Shown here one piece after another: positions 24,658 to 37,571 of a stretch of DNA of 64,000 nucleotides. A model generated the notes under the pieces. The model was not told the origin of the DNA. It did not search any database and saw only the letters and a list, made by a program, of their open reading frames with translations. The DNA comes from Phyllobates terribilis (taxonomy: Eukaryota), in NCBI RefSeq assembly GCF_046119375.1, contig NW_027362765.1:271064001-271128000 (forward strand), written 5' to 3'. How positions within the stretch are numbered: the first letter of the stretch is position 1; the number at the start of each line of letters is the position of its first letter. The position numbers were made by a program, and so were the translations under genes.

Positions 24658-26471
24658 GTCAGGAGAGGTGTGAGGGATGGGGTGACTTCAGGGGAGCTGT
24701 GGGACAGGCAGAATTGCAGATAACTATATGATGTGCTTTGAACAGGTACTGTGTTCTAGGAGAAAGGTGCACTTAAAAAGGTATTCCAGCCTGAAGCATG
24801 TCACCTATCCACTGGATAGATAAATGCTATATTGGAGGGGGGTTCGCTTGCCAAGGCCCACCTGGTAATCAGAATGGAGGTCGTTGGTCTTTCAAAACCA
24901 GAAGATTACTATTTGAATGGAGCAACAATTCACTCCATCACTCAGTCTATGGCACTGCCACAAAGCGGCTGATAAAGGCTTCCAGTTCGAGTACCCCATG
25001 TGGTTCACTGTGCTTTGCCCTCATGTTGCTCAAGTACATGATTTTATGGAACATTGGGTTTTTTTTTGTAATGGGAGAAAAAGAATTGATAATTAAGCTG
25101 TGCAAACCCAGAACTTTGTTTATAATTAGTGGCGCTGGCCAAATGGTAACGTTAAGGTCCATCTACGCTGCGCTATGGAAATGTTTGGCAGTCATCGAAT
25201 ATCCTGATTACACAGGCAGACCGCACTTTCGATGCGATCTGTAATGGATCGTTCAGTATACATAGCCTGCCATTGTCCTCGACAGCACAAGTTTTGTTTG
25301 CACAGGACGATGTGCTGCTGAGGACAATGATCTTTTGATCATTTCACCTGACGAACGAGCATTTTGTCGGGTGATCGGCAGCCTGTGTAGACTGCAAGAT
25401 AACGATAGAAGGAACGCTCGTTCACAATTATTGTGCAGCGTAAATGCCACTCTCATAGCAACTAGTCAGTAGTTATAGGTATTAGGCAATAGGGAGAACC
25501 TTGTCCGATGCCCCTTTTTCCAGCATTTGGTTATCAAAGGTGGGTGTCCCTAGTCTGAATTCCCCTGTATGAGGCAGAATAAAGAGCAGCTAACCAGTAG
25601 CAGTAACAACTCACAAAATCAGCTATTTTCTGCAGACCTCAGGAGCTGAACCCACTGTGATCAGCTGGTAACCGGAGTGGCTTCCATGTTAACCCCTTAG
25701 CATCATTTGCCATATGTTTATTACACTGATGCTAAATAGCTTCTTTGCTTGCCACTAACTATGCCGGCATCGCTCACAACAGCCAATAATGGAAATTACA
25801 ATGTCCCCAGCTGTTTAACCAATTAGATGCCATGTTCAATAAATGTCACCCCATCTATTCCCTACAGGGTGCCAGCGAGAACACCCCCAGGTCTGCCATC
25901 TGTGTACAATACTCTTCTTCTTTTTCTACATGATGAAAATAAAAAAAAATGCTATTCTATTTTTCTTTATCATAGCTTTATCCAAAAATGGAATAATGGT
26001 CAATAAATTCTATACCCTAAAATGGAATCAAAGTAAACTACTACAGCTTAGCCCACAAAAACAAACAAACATAAAAAAATGACTGAAGTATTAAAAGAAC
26101 AACTACCTAATACACACATAGTAACGATAATATTTTAGTATTACCACAAGATTGAACACCATAAAAACAAATCTAAAAAAATATATATATGTGGAGTTGC
26201 TGCTGAAATTCTAACCCCCCTCTCATACCAAAAAAATCAAAAAAAGTTTGAGTATTATATATACTTCAAAATGGTGCTATAAATAAAAATTCAACTCATG
26301 CCGTAAAAAAAAAAAAGACCTCATACAGCACCTATTTATGCAGTTAAAGTCAAGAGTTAGAAGGGTTTGTGCTTAGACGTATAGGGATCATGTAGTGAAA
26401 TATTAGGGGCAGGAAGCGGTCGGCTGCATGTCATGACATTTAATCCATTTTTCTATACATAATTTCTTTAG

Positions 26472-26549
26472 GAATCTGCAATGCGGGAAGCAAAACTCAG
26501 ACAAGAAATGGCAGGTGCCAATGAGAAAATACTGCTCTACCGCAATAAG
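26472..26549 (+). CDS. LRRC45: LRRC45 coding exon 10
   Basis: ESAMREAKLRQEMAGANEKILLYRNK, 78 nt. Confidence 0.9.
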
Positions 26550-28204
26550 GTATCATAAGGTATCGCTAGGTCTGCATCTGTAATGTACTCACAGACTAAG
26601 TGTTTTAGGCGGATGTGTCCTCAGATTTCACAATACATACTGTAAGGGATCGGCTCTCAGGTAGAGGTTGGTGCATACACAAGGATCTAGTTGCTTCAAA
26701 ATTGATTTATTTATTAAATGTCCATAAACCTACCAGTGTAACAAATACACATCTTCTGGGGACAAAACATTTAACAGACCCAAAATGGAAAATAGTCCAT
26801 ATACACCACGGGCTCACCTGTTTAAATGTCAGTCCTCACTCAGCCTCTAGCAGAGACTGAGCAACACAGGCAAGCTCTTTCCACCTTGCAGACACCACCC
26901 TAATGATACAGCTGGACTTCCTTATATCTGCCGTATCAGGCCCCGGAGTGGGGATATGTGAGCAGCCAGTCCCACCCATCTCTCTGACTGCTCGTAATTC
27001 TGGCCCTGGACACGCCCTATTAGCTCTCTCAGCACTATATGTGCTTGAGCCTGCTTTTCCGGGCTTACATCACTGAGGCTAAGAGCCTCAATGATACATA
27101 TCTCCCCTCAGGAACCTGTCCAGCGGCCATCTTACAATACATTATTAAATACATCTCTTTGACCTGATAGTTATGGTACATTTACTTTGAAAATCTGTGT
27201 CGGAATCTATATATAATCCTGATAAGATATGCATTTTATTTCTAGATTGAAACCGCTCATGAGTCCAAGTGTATTCAGTGTCCTCTCACCCAGCCTGACT
27301 GACAACTACAGCTTGTAGTGAGCAGTGTGAGATCTCCGCAGGGAGGAGGGACACTGAAGAGCTGTAAATCTGGTTAGGTAGGCGACTTTAATTTTTCAAA
27401 AAAACATTATACAGACATACTGATATGAATTATCAAAGTACACCAGCCTCATTGGGTCCAAAGGCCGTCATACGCATTAGACTTACATCGGCTGGACCTG
27501 GCAATATCTGATTCCGATTTTTTATTTTTTTTTCCTCAGTGAGATACGGCACTGCCAGAGGAGTCTGGCAGCAGCTCCCTCATAAATAAAACACTATGTA
27601 TGGAGGAATCTGTAGAGATGACTGTCGGCCAAACGATTGGCTGAGCCATCATTTAGCTGACAGCTGTCTATTGCGTATGGGGAGCTTTAGAGATCTATTT
27701 AATATTGTATGTATATTGTATACAGAAATCTGATGAGAGATTTGCTTTGAAGCTACATTGTCCGTGTGTTGTCTGTTTTTTTTTTTTCTCAGACTGCACA
27801 CACACCCATAGTTTCATGAATCTATACACAGATCCTTGAAAAACACGGATCCGCGTGTGAGATCCTTGGGAATCTGACCACATTCTATTCTAATCCGTGT
27901 TTGCAGATCAGAATTGGCCATTCCTGTCTACGGTGATCTGTGGAAGACGGAAGGCTTCAGATTTGCTTCATTTTTCATCTGTGTCTCACAAATCTGTTTT
28001 GCTTAGTGATATATTTGAATAAAAACATGTGACCTTTTTAGGGGTCTTTTCATTGGCTTGGGTATAGAGTTGAACTTTTAAAGTTCGGGGTTCGTACCTG
28101 GCACTTGGTGTCTAGTGCTAAACTCCGAACATGGACTTCTCCCGGTAGTCTGTGTTAATGTTCGGAGTTCTGGAGGAAGACCAGGGAGAGAGAGAACAAT
28201 TGCT

Positions 28205-29178
28205 GGAGTTTTGGGAGAGGAACTTTGTCCCATTGTCTGATGTGGGATTCTCCCAGCTCCTTAGTCTGGGTCTTTGCTGGATTTTTTATTTCATAATGTG
28301 CCAAATGTTTTCTATTGGTGAAAGGTCTGGACTGTGGGAGGGCTGGTTCATCACCCAAACTCGTCTGTGACGCCATGCTGTTGTGATGGATGCAGTATGT
28401 GGTTTAGCATTGTCTGGCTGGAATATGCAAGGCTTTTCCCTGAAATGCTTGTTGCCTGGATAGGAGCATATGTTGTTATAAAACCTCTATATAAATCTCA
28501 GCATTGATAGTGCCTTTTGAGGTGTGTAATCTGTCCATATAGGCACTTATGCAACTCCATATCACCAGAGATGCAGGCTTTTGTACAGTGTGCTGATAAC
28601 AAGCTGGATGGTCCCTCGCCTATTGAGCCCGCTGGACACGGCATCTGGGGTTTCCATAAAGAATTTAACATTTTGCTTCATCTGACCACAGAACAGTTTT
28701 CCATTTTAACTCAGTCCATTTTAAATGAGCTTTGGCCCAGAGAAGATGGTGGCATTTCTGGATTGTGTTTATATAGGGTTCATTGTTCCACATTTTTTAG
28801 GTGCAGTTGTTCACAGATTGGTGAACCTCTGACCATCTTTGCTTCTGAGAGACTCTGCCTCCATAGCATGCTCTTTTTAAACAGTTGTGTGACTTGGTTG
28901 TAAATTGATCCTCCAACTGTTTTTTATTACCACTTACTTTTCCAGCTTTTAGTTAACCCTGTCTTAAATTTTTTGAGATGTGTTGCTGCCATCAATTTCT
29001 AAATTTAGTTAATTTTTTTTTCAAATGAAATGGACACATGTCTACTCTTCACCTTCTGGTCTGTACTCTGTGTTCTGTTGTGAATGAAATTATAGCTATA
29101 AGAGATTTCCTAATCATTGCATTCTTGTTCTCTTTACCTTTTACACAGCTGTCCCAACTTTTTTTGGAATTGGGGTTG
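28205..29178 (-). mobile_element. Decayed Tc1 relic
   Basis: Terminal repeat ...GTCCCAACTTTTTTTGGAATTGGGGTTG|TA and transposase-like remnants on the - strand; left boundary approximate. Confidence 0.6.
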
Positions 29179-29456
29179 TATAATCTTGGGTGGATTTTTA
29201 GCCCAAATGTCTTAGAAAAACCATTTCTGTGATACATGTTTATTAGTGAAGCTGAAGAAATGCAGACATGGAGAATAGAAGAAAAAGAAACATTCCCACT
29301 TTCCAGTGATAGACAGAGATACACCATAGCCTGTTTTACTGGTTTAGTGCTTGGATGAGCCACTTTCTTAAAGAGATCTATTCAAAAGTCCAGCTGGTGT
29401 CTCCCATGAGAAGCTAGAAGAAATTGAGAAAAGCTATTGGGACAAGGTGACCTTAA

Positions 29457-29783
29457 GGCTGTGTGCCCACGATGCGTTTTTGATGCGGATTTGCAGCGCG
29501 GAAACTCTCCAGAAACGCATTGCATACCTTATTCGATGGCTTCCTATGACATTCTGCAAGTTCTGTGCACATGGTCAGAATTTTTTCTGTGCGGATTTTA
29601 CTCGCAGAAAAAATCCGGACATGACCAATTCTTGTGCGTTTCTGCATGCAGATTTGCCTATAGAATGCATTGGAAAAACACATGCAAAAACGCATGGAAA
29701 AACCGCATGCGTTTTTCTGCCAAGAAGATGCAGAAATGCTCAGGAAAATTTCTGCTTCATTTCTGCATCGTGGGCACTGAGCC
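29457..29783. mobile_element. Harbinger-like MITE
   Basis: TAA|GGCTGTGTGCCCACGATGC ... GCATCGTGGGCACTGAGCC|TAA. Confidence 0.75.
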
Positions 29784-30486
29784 TAAGGCTGTGTGCCCGC
29801 GATGCGTTTTTTAAGCATTTCTGCAGCAGCGATTCCGCCACGGAAACACTTAAAAAACGCTTGGTAGAAGGTCTGCAATGTTCCCCAATGATAATCCGCA
29901 TGTGTTGTGCACATGCTGCGGAAATTTCCGCTGCGGATTATCATTGCGGAAAAATACGCAGCACTACCATTAATTTTGCGTAATCGCGGTGTTTTCGCCG
30001 CCATTGACTTGCATTGAATGGCATAATATCCGCATCACTACATGTACATATGCGGATATTAAGTGATTCAATGTGCGGATGGTACCCGGGTCTTGAGAAG
30101 AGGAGACTCGCCTCCTGATCCGGGTACCATAATACTTGTAAAAAAAAAATAATTTAAAATAAACATTATACTCACCTTCTGATGGCCCCCAGTCTCTTTA
30201 GCGATGGCTCCCCGGCGGCTCGCGATGGTCTAAAAGGACCTTCCATGATGTCATTTAGTCATGTGACGGGTCACGCGACCGCTGACGTTGGCGGTCGCGT
30301 GACCTGTCACATGACTAAATGACGTCATGGAAGGTCCTTTTAGACCACCGCGAGCCGCCCAACGCACCGGACAAGGAGACCGGGGGCCATCAGAAGGTGA
30401 GTATAATGTTTATTTTTTATTTTTTACCATTCTTTTACTATTAACTTGGTCACACTATATATATCCATGCTGGTTGCATGGATTTA

Positions 30487-31685
30487 CCGTATTTTTCGGA
30501 CTATAAGACGCACTTTTTTCCTCCAAAATTTTGGAGGAAAGTGGGGGTGCGTCTTATAGTCCGAATACTATATTATTGTATGGCCGCATGGTGGTCGGTG
30601 TGGGGGAGCGGCAGCGGGGGATCAGCGGGGTACAGGATGCAGCAGCTCCCTGCTGTAGCCTAGCTGTGCCCGCTACTAAAGAAAATGAATATTCCCTGCT
30701 CCCCACGCCCATGGGTGTGGCGAGCAATGAATATTTATTTCTCTTAATAGCCAGCACACTGGAGCTGCAGCGCGGCTCCTGCTACCGCTCTGCGGTCTGT
30801 GTGCCCACTATTAAAGCTCATGAATATTCGCTACAACTCACTCCCATGGACTCGCACAGGGTCCCGGCGTGGGGAGCAGTGACTATTTCAGCACAGCGTC
30901 TCACACTGTCTGAGGGCGCCCTGCCGTGCGTGGCTCACACAGTGAGAGTGTCGGTAGCAGAGCGGGACAGCGCTGGAGGAGACAGGAGGTGAGTATGATT
31001 GTTAATTTTTTTTAATTTTTTTTTGTAGGCAGCGTGATGAGGGCTCAGAGGGTGCCATGCATACCAGGATGGGGGCTCAGAAGGTGCCATACATACCAGG
31101 ATGGGGGCTCAGAGGGTGCCATGCATACCAGGATGGTTGCTCAAGGGGTGCCATGCATACCAGGATGGGGGGCTCAGAGGGTGCCATACATACCTGGATG
31201 GGGGCTCAGAGGGGTGCCATACATACCAGGATAGGGGCTCAGAAGGTGCCATGCATACCAGGATGGGGGCTCAGAAGGTGCCATACATACCAGGATGGGG
31301 GCTCAGAGGGTGCCATGCATACCAGGATGGTTGCTCAAGGGGTGCCATGCATACCAGGATGGGGTATCAAGGGGTGCCATGCATACCAGGATGGGGGGAT
31401 AAAGGGGTTCCATGCATACCAGGATGGGGGATAAAGGGGTGCCATGCATACCAGGATGGGATGGGGGCCACTTATACCAGGATGGAGGGGCCATACATAC
31501 CAGGATGGAAGATATTAACAGAATTGGGGGACATTACCCCAATACCAGTGTCAGCAGCAGACCCCCTCCCCCATAACAGTGCATCATGACCACATTTTTT
31601 GCTTACATTTTTTTTTCCTATTTTCCGCCTTTAAAGCCTAGGTGCGTCTTATGGTCCGGTGCGTCTTATAGTCCGAAAAATTCGG
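30487..31685. mobile_element. TA-flanked non-autonomous Tc2/pogo-like element containing a minisatellite
   Basis: TA|CCGTATTTTTCGGACTATAAGACGCAC ... GTGCGTCTTATAGTCCGAAAAATTCGG|TA. Confidence 0.8.
31045..31510. repeat. 31-33-bp minisatellite
   Basis: Unit GGGGGCTCAGAGGGTGCCATGCATACCAGGAT, ~14 variant copies. Confidence 0.9.
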
Positions 31686-32934
31686 TATATAGTGTGACCA
31701 TGTTGTCAAGCACTTTCCAAGTGATGCTAAAATCGCTTGGAAAAGCGCTTGTCAACCCGCATGCGAAATCGCATGTGAAAAACGCGGGACATACGCTTGT
31801 CCCTGGCAGAAAAACGCATGTAAAATCCGCATGTACAATCCACATGCGTTTTTTTTTGCCAGGGGAGATGCAGAAACGCTCAGGGAAAAATCCGGAGCAT
31901 TTCTGCATCGTGGGCACATAGCCTAAGAGTGCGGCAGTTCTCTAATGATCGTTCAGGTGCTAGTGTTCAGACCCTTACCACTGAGATTTTAAGGAAACCT
32001 GTCATTGAAAGGCTATTAACCTGCAGATATAGTGTTAATAACATTACAATGCTGTCCAGCCACCTTACTGATAGCGTGGCTACCAGGAGAAAATGAACTT
32101 GGGAGCTGCCGGATTTCAGTCATAGAACCATGCTGTGCACGCCATGAATGGCAGCTATAAGCACTCTCTGCACACATGCGCTGTGGGCAGTGACCGCGCA
32201 TCTGACTGAAAGCCAGCAGCTACCAGGAGGGATAAAGTTAATTTCCTGCAGATTAACCCTATATACTTGCAGGTTAAAGTGAGCCTGACAGCTGATACCG
32301 TGGATCGGGCAGCATGTATCAGTTAGTGGCTGCAGGATTCCAGCCATTATATGTAGTGATGAGCGCGGTGTTCCATTCCCCGCGGCCGTTTGTCAGGCAA
32401 TCCTCCCCATGTTTTGTGGCTGTCTAACAGCCCTGAAACATGCAGCCGCGGGGACTCTAACATGTCACTCAAGGAATGATGCATTTAGATGAGTAGATAA
32501 CCGACTAACTATTTCATTCCTGATTATCTGCTCATGTAAACATGTCAGCAAATTGCAAGTTTGTTGGGTGATCATATCATTGATCCCTGTAAAAAAAATA
32601 AAATAAATAAAATCATTATCAGCAGCACATTACCTTGTGTAAACAGGGAAGATGCCACCAATAACCTGATACTGTATGGGAACAGAGTGACCATTGTTCG
32701 GCCGCTTGAGTAAACAGGACAGTAAATGAGCGGCAAACTAATATATATAATCCCTAATTAAGGTGCATTGATGGGTTGAAATCAACACGTCCAGATGCAC
32801 CATAAGCGTAATGTCCTATATAGGGAACAGTACTCTATTGGGTTCCGATATTGAAGCACTAAGTGCTTTGAGCGGTTTGTTTGGTTCTGTGATTATTATG
32901 TATTTATTTATTCCTTGTGCTTCATGCCCCATAG

Positions 32935-33046
32935 GTGGATGAGCTGGAGAGAAAGTGCAAGATGCAACAGGAACAACTGTTTGACTTGAAGCAGGAGCTC
33001 ACAAACACAAGTGCAGAGCTGAAGCTACGGGCCGTACAGGCAGAAG
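32935..33046 (+). CDS. LRRC45: LRRC45 coding exon 11
   Basis: [16 protein letters not shown]...[11 protein letters not shown], 112 nt. Confidence 0.95.
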
Positions 33047-33128
33047 GTAAGGACCGAGCCATCTCCTGAGTATGGATGAGATACTGGTATTCTTTTCTTG
33101 TATTGGTCTAATGGTGTCTTGCTCACAG

Positions 33129-33199
33129 AACGCTTGGAAGCAGAGAAAAGAAGATTTCGGCAGATACAAGATGAAGCCAGTGTGCTGCGTCAGAAAGAA
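33129..33199 (+). CDS. LRRC45: LRRC45 coding exon 12
   Basis: ERLEAEKRRFRQIQDEASVLRQKE, 71 nt. Confidence 0.92.
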
Positions 33200-33514
33200 G
33201 TATGTAGATAGACTGATCAATAAGGAGGATTTTCTCCTAAACTATTTATCACCCTTCCATTTCTCCCTTCACTTCTATAAGAATTTGCCGAGAAAGCGGA
33301 GCTGTCATTCTTATACAAGTGAAAGGAGAAGTGGTCACCCATATATTTTATTCACACAGAGGAATTGGGGACAACTGTTATTGGCATCAGTAATGGTCCA
33401 AGTGGTCAGACACCCAGCGATGATATATTTAGCACTGTTTCTGGGGAAAATCCCTTTAATATTGCTGGCCCTCACCCCTTTAATTACTGACCATAGCCTA
33501 TTATGTAATCACAG

Positions 33515-33607
33515 GTAGCGCACATGACACGTCACATGGAGGACAGTGAGAGGATGGCACAGGAGAGGATGCAACGTCTTGAAGCTACAAAGCTGGCCGT
33601 TGAAGAG
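33515..33607 (+). CDS. LRRC45: LRRC45 coding exon 13
   Basis: VAHMTRHMEDSERMAQERMQRLEATKLAVEE, 93 nt. Confidence 0.95.
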
Positions 33608-33827
33608 GTGAGATGATACATTTGTCACCTTTTAGAACATAAACTGACACATGGTTCAGCTGTAAAAGAAAAAACGTATAAAAAGAATTCTAAATGGGCG
33701 CACACATATTCCATGACGCTCAAGCGGTGGTAAAATCAGATGATCTGTCTGCATGAGAGTGAAAAATATGATCACCATGGACTGTGTTCATTTGGAACCA
33801 CTTAAACCGCCAGCTGGAACAGCTTAA

Positions 33828-34269
33828 AGAGAATCTGTCAGCAGGTTTTGTATGTAATCTGAAAGCAGCATAATACAGGGGAAGGGACTCTGATTCCAGT
33901 GATGTGTGACTGGATTGTGTATTTCTGTTTCAATAAAACCAGTGTTTTATCAGCAGGAGGTTATCCTTAGAAGGCTACTTGTCTCATACCATTTAGCCCT
34001 TCCTTGTCTGTGTAACCCTGACCCTGTCACTGATTACCGGCTTTCTGTCAATATACAGTGTGCACAGAAAGCTGCCAATCAGTGATGTGGGTGGGGTTAT
34101 ACAGGGCTCAGTATTCAGACAACTGCTAGATCTGCATCAGGGAAAACTGTGATTGTATCAAAATGACAGCATGCAAACCAGCAAGTGACACATCGCTGGA
34201 ATCAGTTTCTCTATCTCTATATCATTCTGCTCTCAGATTACATATCAAATACCTATTGACAGGTTCCCT
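33828..34269. mobile_element. TTAA-flanked MITE (T2/Kolobok-like)
   Basis: TTAA|AGAGAATCTGTCA ... TGACAGGTTCCCT|TTAA. Confidence 0.7.
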
Positions 34270-34351
34270 TTAAAGAGCACCATGACCAATCTGCGGTTTC
34301 CCTTTTTATTCAGTAAAAGAGAGAATAGCCCCAGATTGGTGATTTGTCTAA

Positions 34352-37340
34352 ACAGTCATGGCACCCTTGAAATTGTCCCAGAAAATTAAGTATTTCTCCC
34401 ATGAAATTATTGCAGTTACACATGTTTTGTTATACACATGTTTATTTCCTTTGTGTGTATTGGAACAAGACAAAAAAAATGAGGAAAAAAAGGCAAATTA
34501 GAATCATTTCACAACAAAACCCCCAAAATGGGCTGGACAAAATTGTTGGTACCCTCAACCTAATATTTGGTTGCAGACCCTTTGGAATAAATAACTGCAA
34601 TCAATCACTTCCTATAACCATCAACAAGCTTCTTACACCTCTCAATAAGATAAGATAAGATAAGATATACTTTATTTTATCCCGGAGGAAATTGCGGTAT
34701 CACAGCAGCAGAACACAGATCTCGAACATGACACATATAATAACAAAACATTTGGAATGCTTTAGACATTGCTTTTCAGCTCTTTCATGGTACACAACAC
34801 CTCCCAGTCTGTACAGTCAAAGCAGTCTTGTAACGCCTCCTCTGCTGCTGGACACCACTTCCTTATCTTTTTTAATTGTCACTGGTTGTTTGCGGACGTC
34901 TGGTTGGTAAGCAGGAGACAATAGTATGAGGTTGTGGTCAGATTTCCCCAGGGGGGGTAATGCAGCCGATGAATAAGCATTCTTAACATTAGCAAAGAGG
35001 AGATCCAGTGTGTTGTTGTCCCGTGTAGGACATTTGACATATTGATAGAACTTTGGTATTGCAGATGAGATCTTTACTCGATTGAAATCCCCAGAAATTA
35101 CAGTTAGAGAGTTTGGGTGTTTAGTCTGAAGCCGGGCCATCACCCCTGACAACACATCCCCAGCAGCCTCTGGGTTCGCAGATGGTGGTATATACATCAC
35201 AACTACAATAACAAGAGTGAATTCTCTAGGCAGATAGTAAGGCCTGAGGCCCACTGCTAACAGTTCAATATTTGGACAGCAATGTTTCTCCTTAACAGTT
35301 ACATGCCCCTGATTGCACCATCTGTTGTTAATGTAGAGTATCACTCCTCCACCTTTTTTCTTGCCGCATCTAACTCTCTCTCTATCAGCCCGAACCATTT
35401 GAAACCCTGGTACCGAGACACATGAATCTGGGACCTCCTCATGCAGCCAGGTTTCTGTAAAGCACATGAGACTGCATTCCCTAAACTCCTTCTGGGTCTT
35501 ACTCAGAGCCAGCAGTTCATCCGACTTATTTCCCAGCGATCGTACGTTACCCATGATAATGGATGGGACCACTGGTTTAAACCTTCTCCTCCAGGACTTG
35601 ATCTTCTTGCCTGCTCTGCAGCCTCTGAAAGGTCTCCTTATTTCCCGTGGAACATTCAGTATTGCCACTGCTGGAGAAGACTTTATCCTGCGCAGTTCCA
35701 GAAGACGATCCCTAGAATACACTGCTCGTTTAGCAACAGACCTAGGGTCCACCATCCCGTCATTATTCCCACCCGTCACACCAGTCCTCTCCATGGCAAA
35801 TCGTATACAGTGACCTCCACCGCTCACATATGGCTGTATCCCTGTCACAGGCTGTGGGTAGCAGCATGCATCCTTCAGTAGCATTAGCTGAGATGGTCCG
35901 TATTGCTTGCCCCAGAGTGTCTGTACCTGCAGGAGACTTGTAAGTGGTGGAAGAAGATCCAGGTGCAGATCTCGTGCTGTGTGCCCAGCAGCAGTTGATA
36001 GTGTGGGAAGTGTTGTATCTTCCATCCTGGACCACTCTTCTTTTGCAAACTGCTCCAGATCTCTTATATTTGAAGAGTGCCTTCTCCCAACAGAAATTTT
36101 AAGATCTCTCCACCGGTGTTCAATGGGATTTAGATCCGGACTCATTGCTGGCCATTTCAGAACTGACCCGCGTTTTGTTTCCATCCATTTCTGGGTGCTT
36201 CTTGAAGTATGTTTGGGGTCATTGTCCTGCTGGAAGACCCATGACCTAAGATGCAAACCAAGCTTTCTGACACTGAGCACTACATTGCAACCCAAAATCC
36301 TTTGGTAATGTTCAGATTTCATGATGCCTTGCACATAATCAAGGCACCCAGTGCCAGAGCCAGCAAACCAACCTCAAAACATCTTTGAACCTCCACCATA
36401 TTTGACTATAGGTACTGTGTTATTTTCTTTGTAGGCCTCATTCTGTTTTCGGTATACAGTAGCATACTGTGCTTCAACAAAGAGCTCCATCTTGGTCTCA
36501 TCTGTCCACAAGTCGCTATTCCAAAAGGATTTTGACTTACTCACGTACATTTTGGCAAACTGCAATCTAGCTTTTTTATGTCTCTGTGTCAGTAGTGGGG
36601 TCCTCCTGGGTCTCCTGTGATAGCATTTCATTTCATTCAAATGTTGATGGATAGTTTGCGCTGCCAAGGATGCACCTGAGCCTGCAGGACAGCTTGAATT
36701 TCTTTGAAATTTGATTGGTGCTGCTTATCCACTATCTGGACTATGCTGCATTGCAAACTTTCATAAATTTTTCTCTACCGTCCACATCCAGGAAGATTAG
36801 CTACCGTGCCATGGGTTGTAAACTTCTTGATTATGTTGCGCACCGTGGACAAAGTAACATCAAGAACTCTGGAGATGGACTTTTAACCGTGAGATTGTTG
36901 ATATTGTTCAACAACTTTGGTTCTCAAGTCCTCAGACCATTTTCTTCTCCTCTTTCTATTCTCCCTGCTTAGTGTGGTACACACAGACACACAATGCAAA
37001 GATTGAGTCAGCTTCTCTCCTTTTTATCTGGTTTCAGGTGTGATTTTCATATTGTCCACACCTGTTACTTGCCACAGGTGAGTTTGAATGAGCATCACAT
37101 GCTTGAAAACGAAGTTGTTTACTCACAATTTTGGAAAAGTGTCAACAATGTTGTCCGGCCCATTTTTGGGGTTTTGAGTGAAATGATGTCCAATTTGCCT
37201 TTTTGTCCCCTCTGTTTTTTGTGTTGTTCCAATACACACAAAGGAAATAACAAAACATCTGTAATTGCAATAATTTTCTGGGAGAAATTCTTCATTTTCC
37301 GAAACTATTTCAATTGTCCCAACACTTTTGGCCATTACTG
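34352..37340 (-). mobile_element. Defective Tc1 element interrupted by a LINE fragment
   Basis: Ends CAGTCATGGC... and ...CACTTTTGGCCATTACTG|TA; - strand transposase pieces 36374-36667 (RRTPLL..WTDETK) and 36028-36334 ([17 protein letters not shown]); the C-terminus resumes at 34645-34563 (..KGSATKY*). Confidence 0.9.
34646..36027 (-). mobile_element. Rex1/Babar-type LINE derivative: AP-endonuclease domain plus 3' tail, reverse transcriptase deleted
   Basis: APE motifs GNVRSL, FTETWL, YIPP, GDFN, TLDL and SDH all in one frame; (TCTTA)n tail preceded by AATAAAGTATA at the 34646 end; only ~200 bp between the APE/linker and the tail. Confidence 0.8.
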
Positions 37341-37571
37341 TATAACATAGTACTAAAACCACTCAGAAGTAGCCATAATGCCTCTTGAAAGGGCCCAAAA
37401 TTCTATTAAAGTCAGGCCCAAACTTCTGGGTTGTGAGATTCCAGCATACAGAGTGGGGCCCACTATCCTCCACGGTCACTCTTTAAACTAATCCAGCGCT
37501 GACTGGTATTTTAATAAGCTGTGACTGAGCGGTAATCGCTGTATTGATGTTACTGTACAGTAACACCTTAA

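Larger units (their letters stand above)
29787..31923. mobile_element. Second Harbinger-like MITE in tandem, carrying a nested element
   Basis: Shares the TAA at 29784-29786; ends GCATCGTGGGCACATAGCC|TAA; internal palindrome at 30165-30405. Confidence 0.7.

Noticed and set aside
23200-26350. Several possible MITE/DNA-transposon relics in LRRC45 introns 8-9 (also 12960-13600, 31990-32700, 44400-44730, 47910-48500)
   Set aside because: They look repetitive, but termini and TSDs were too decayed to give defensible boundaries without a library search
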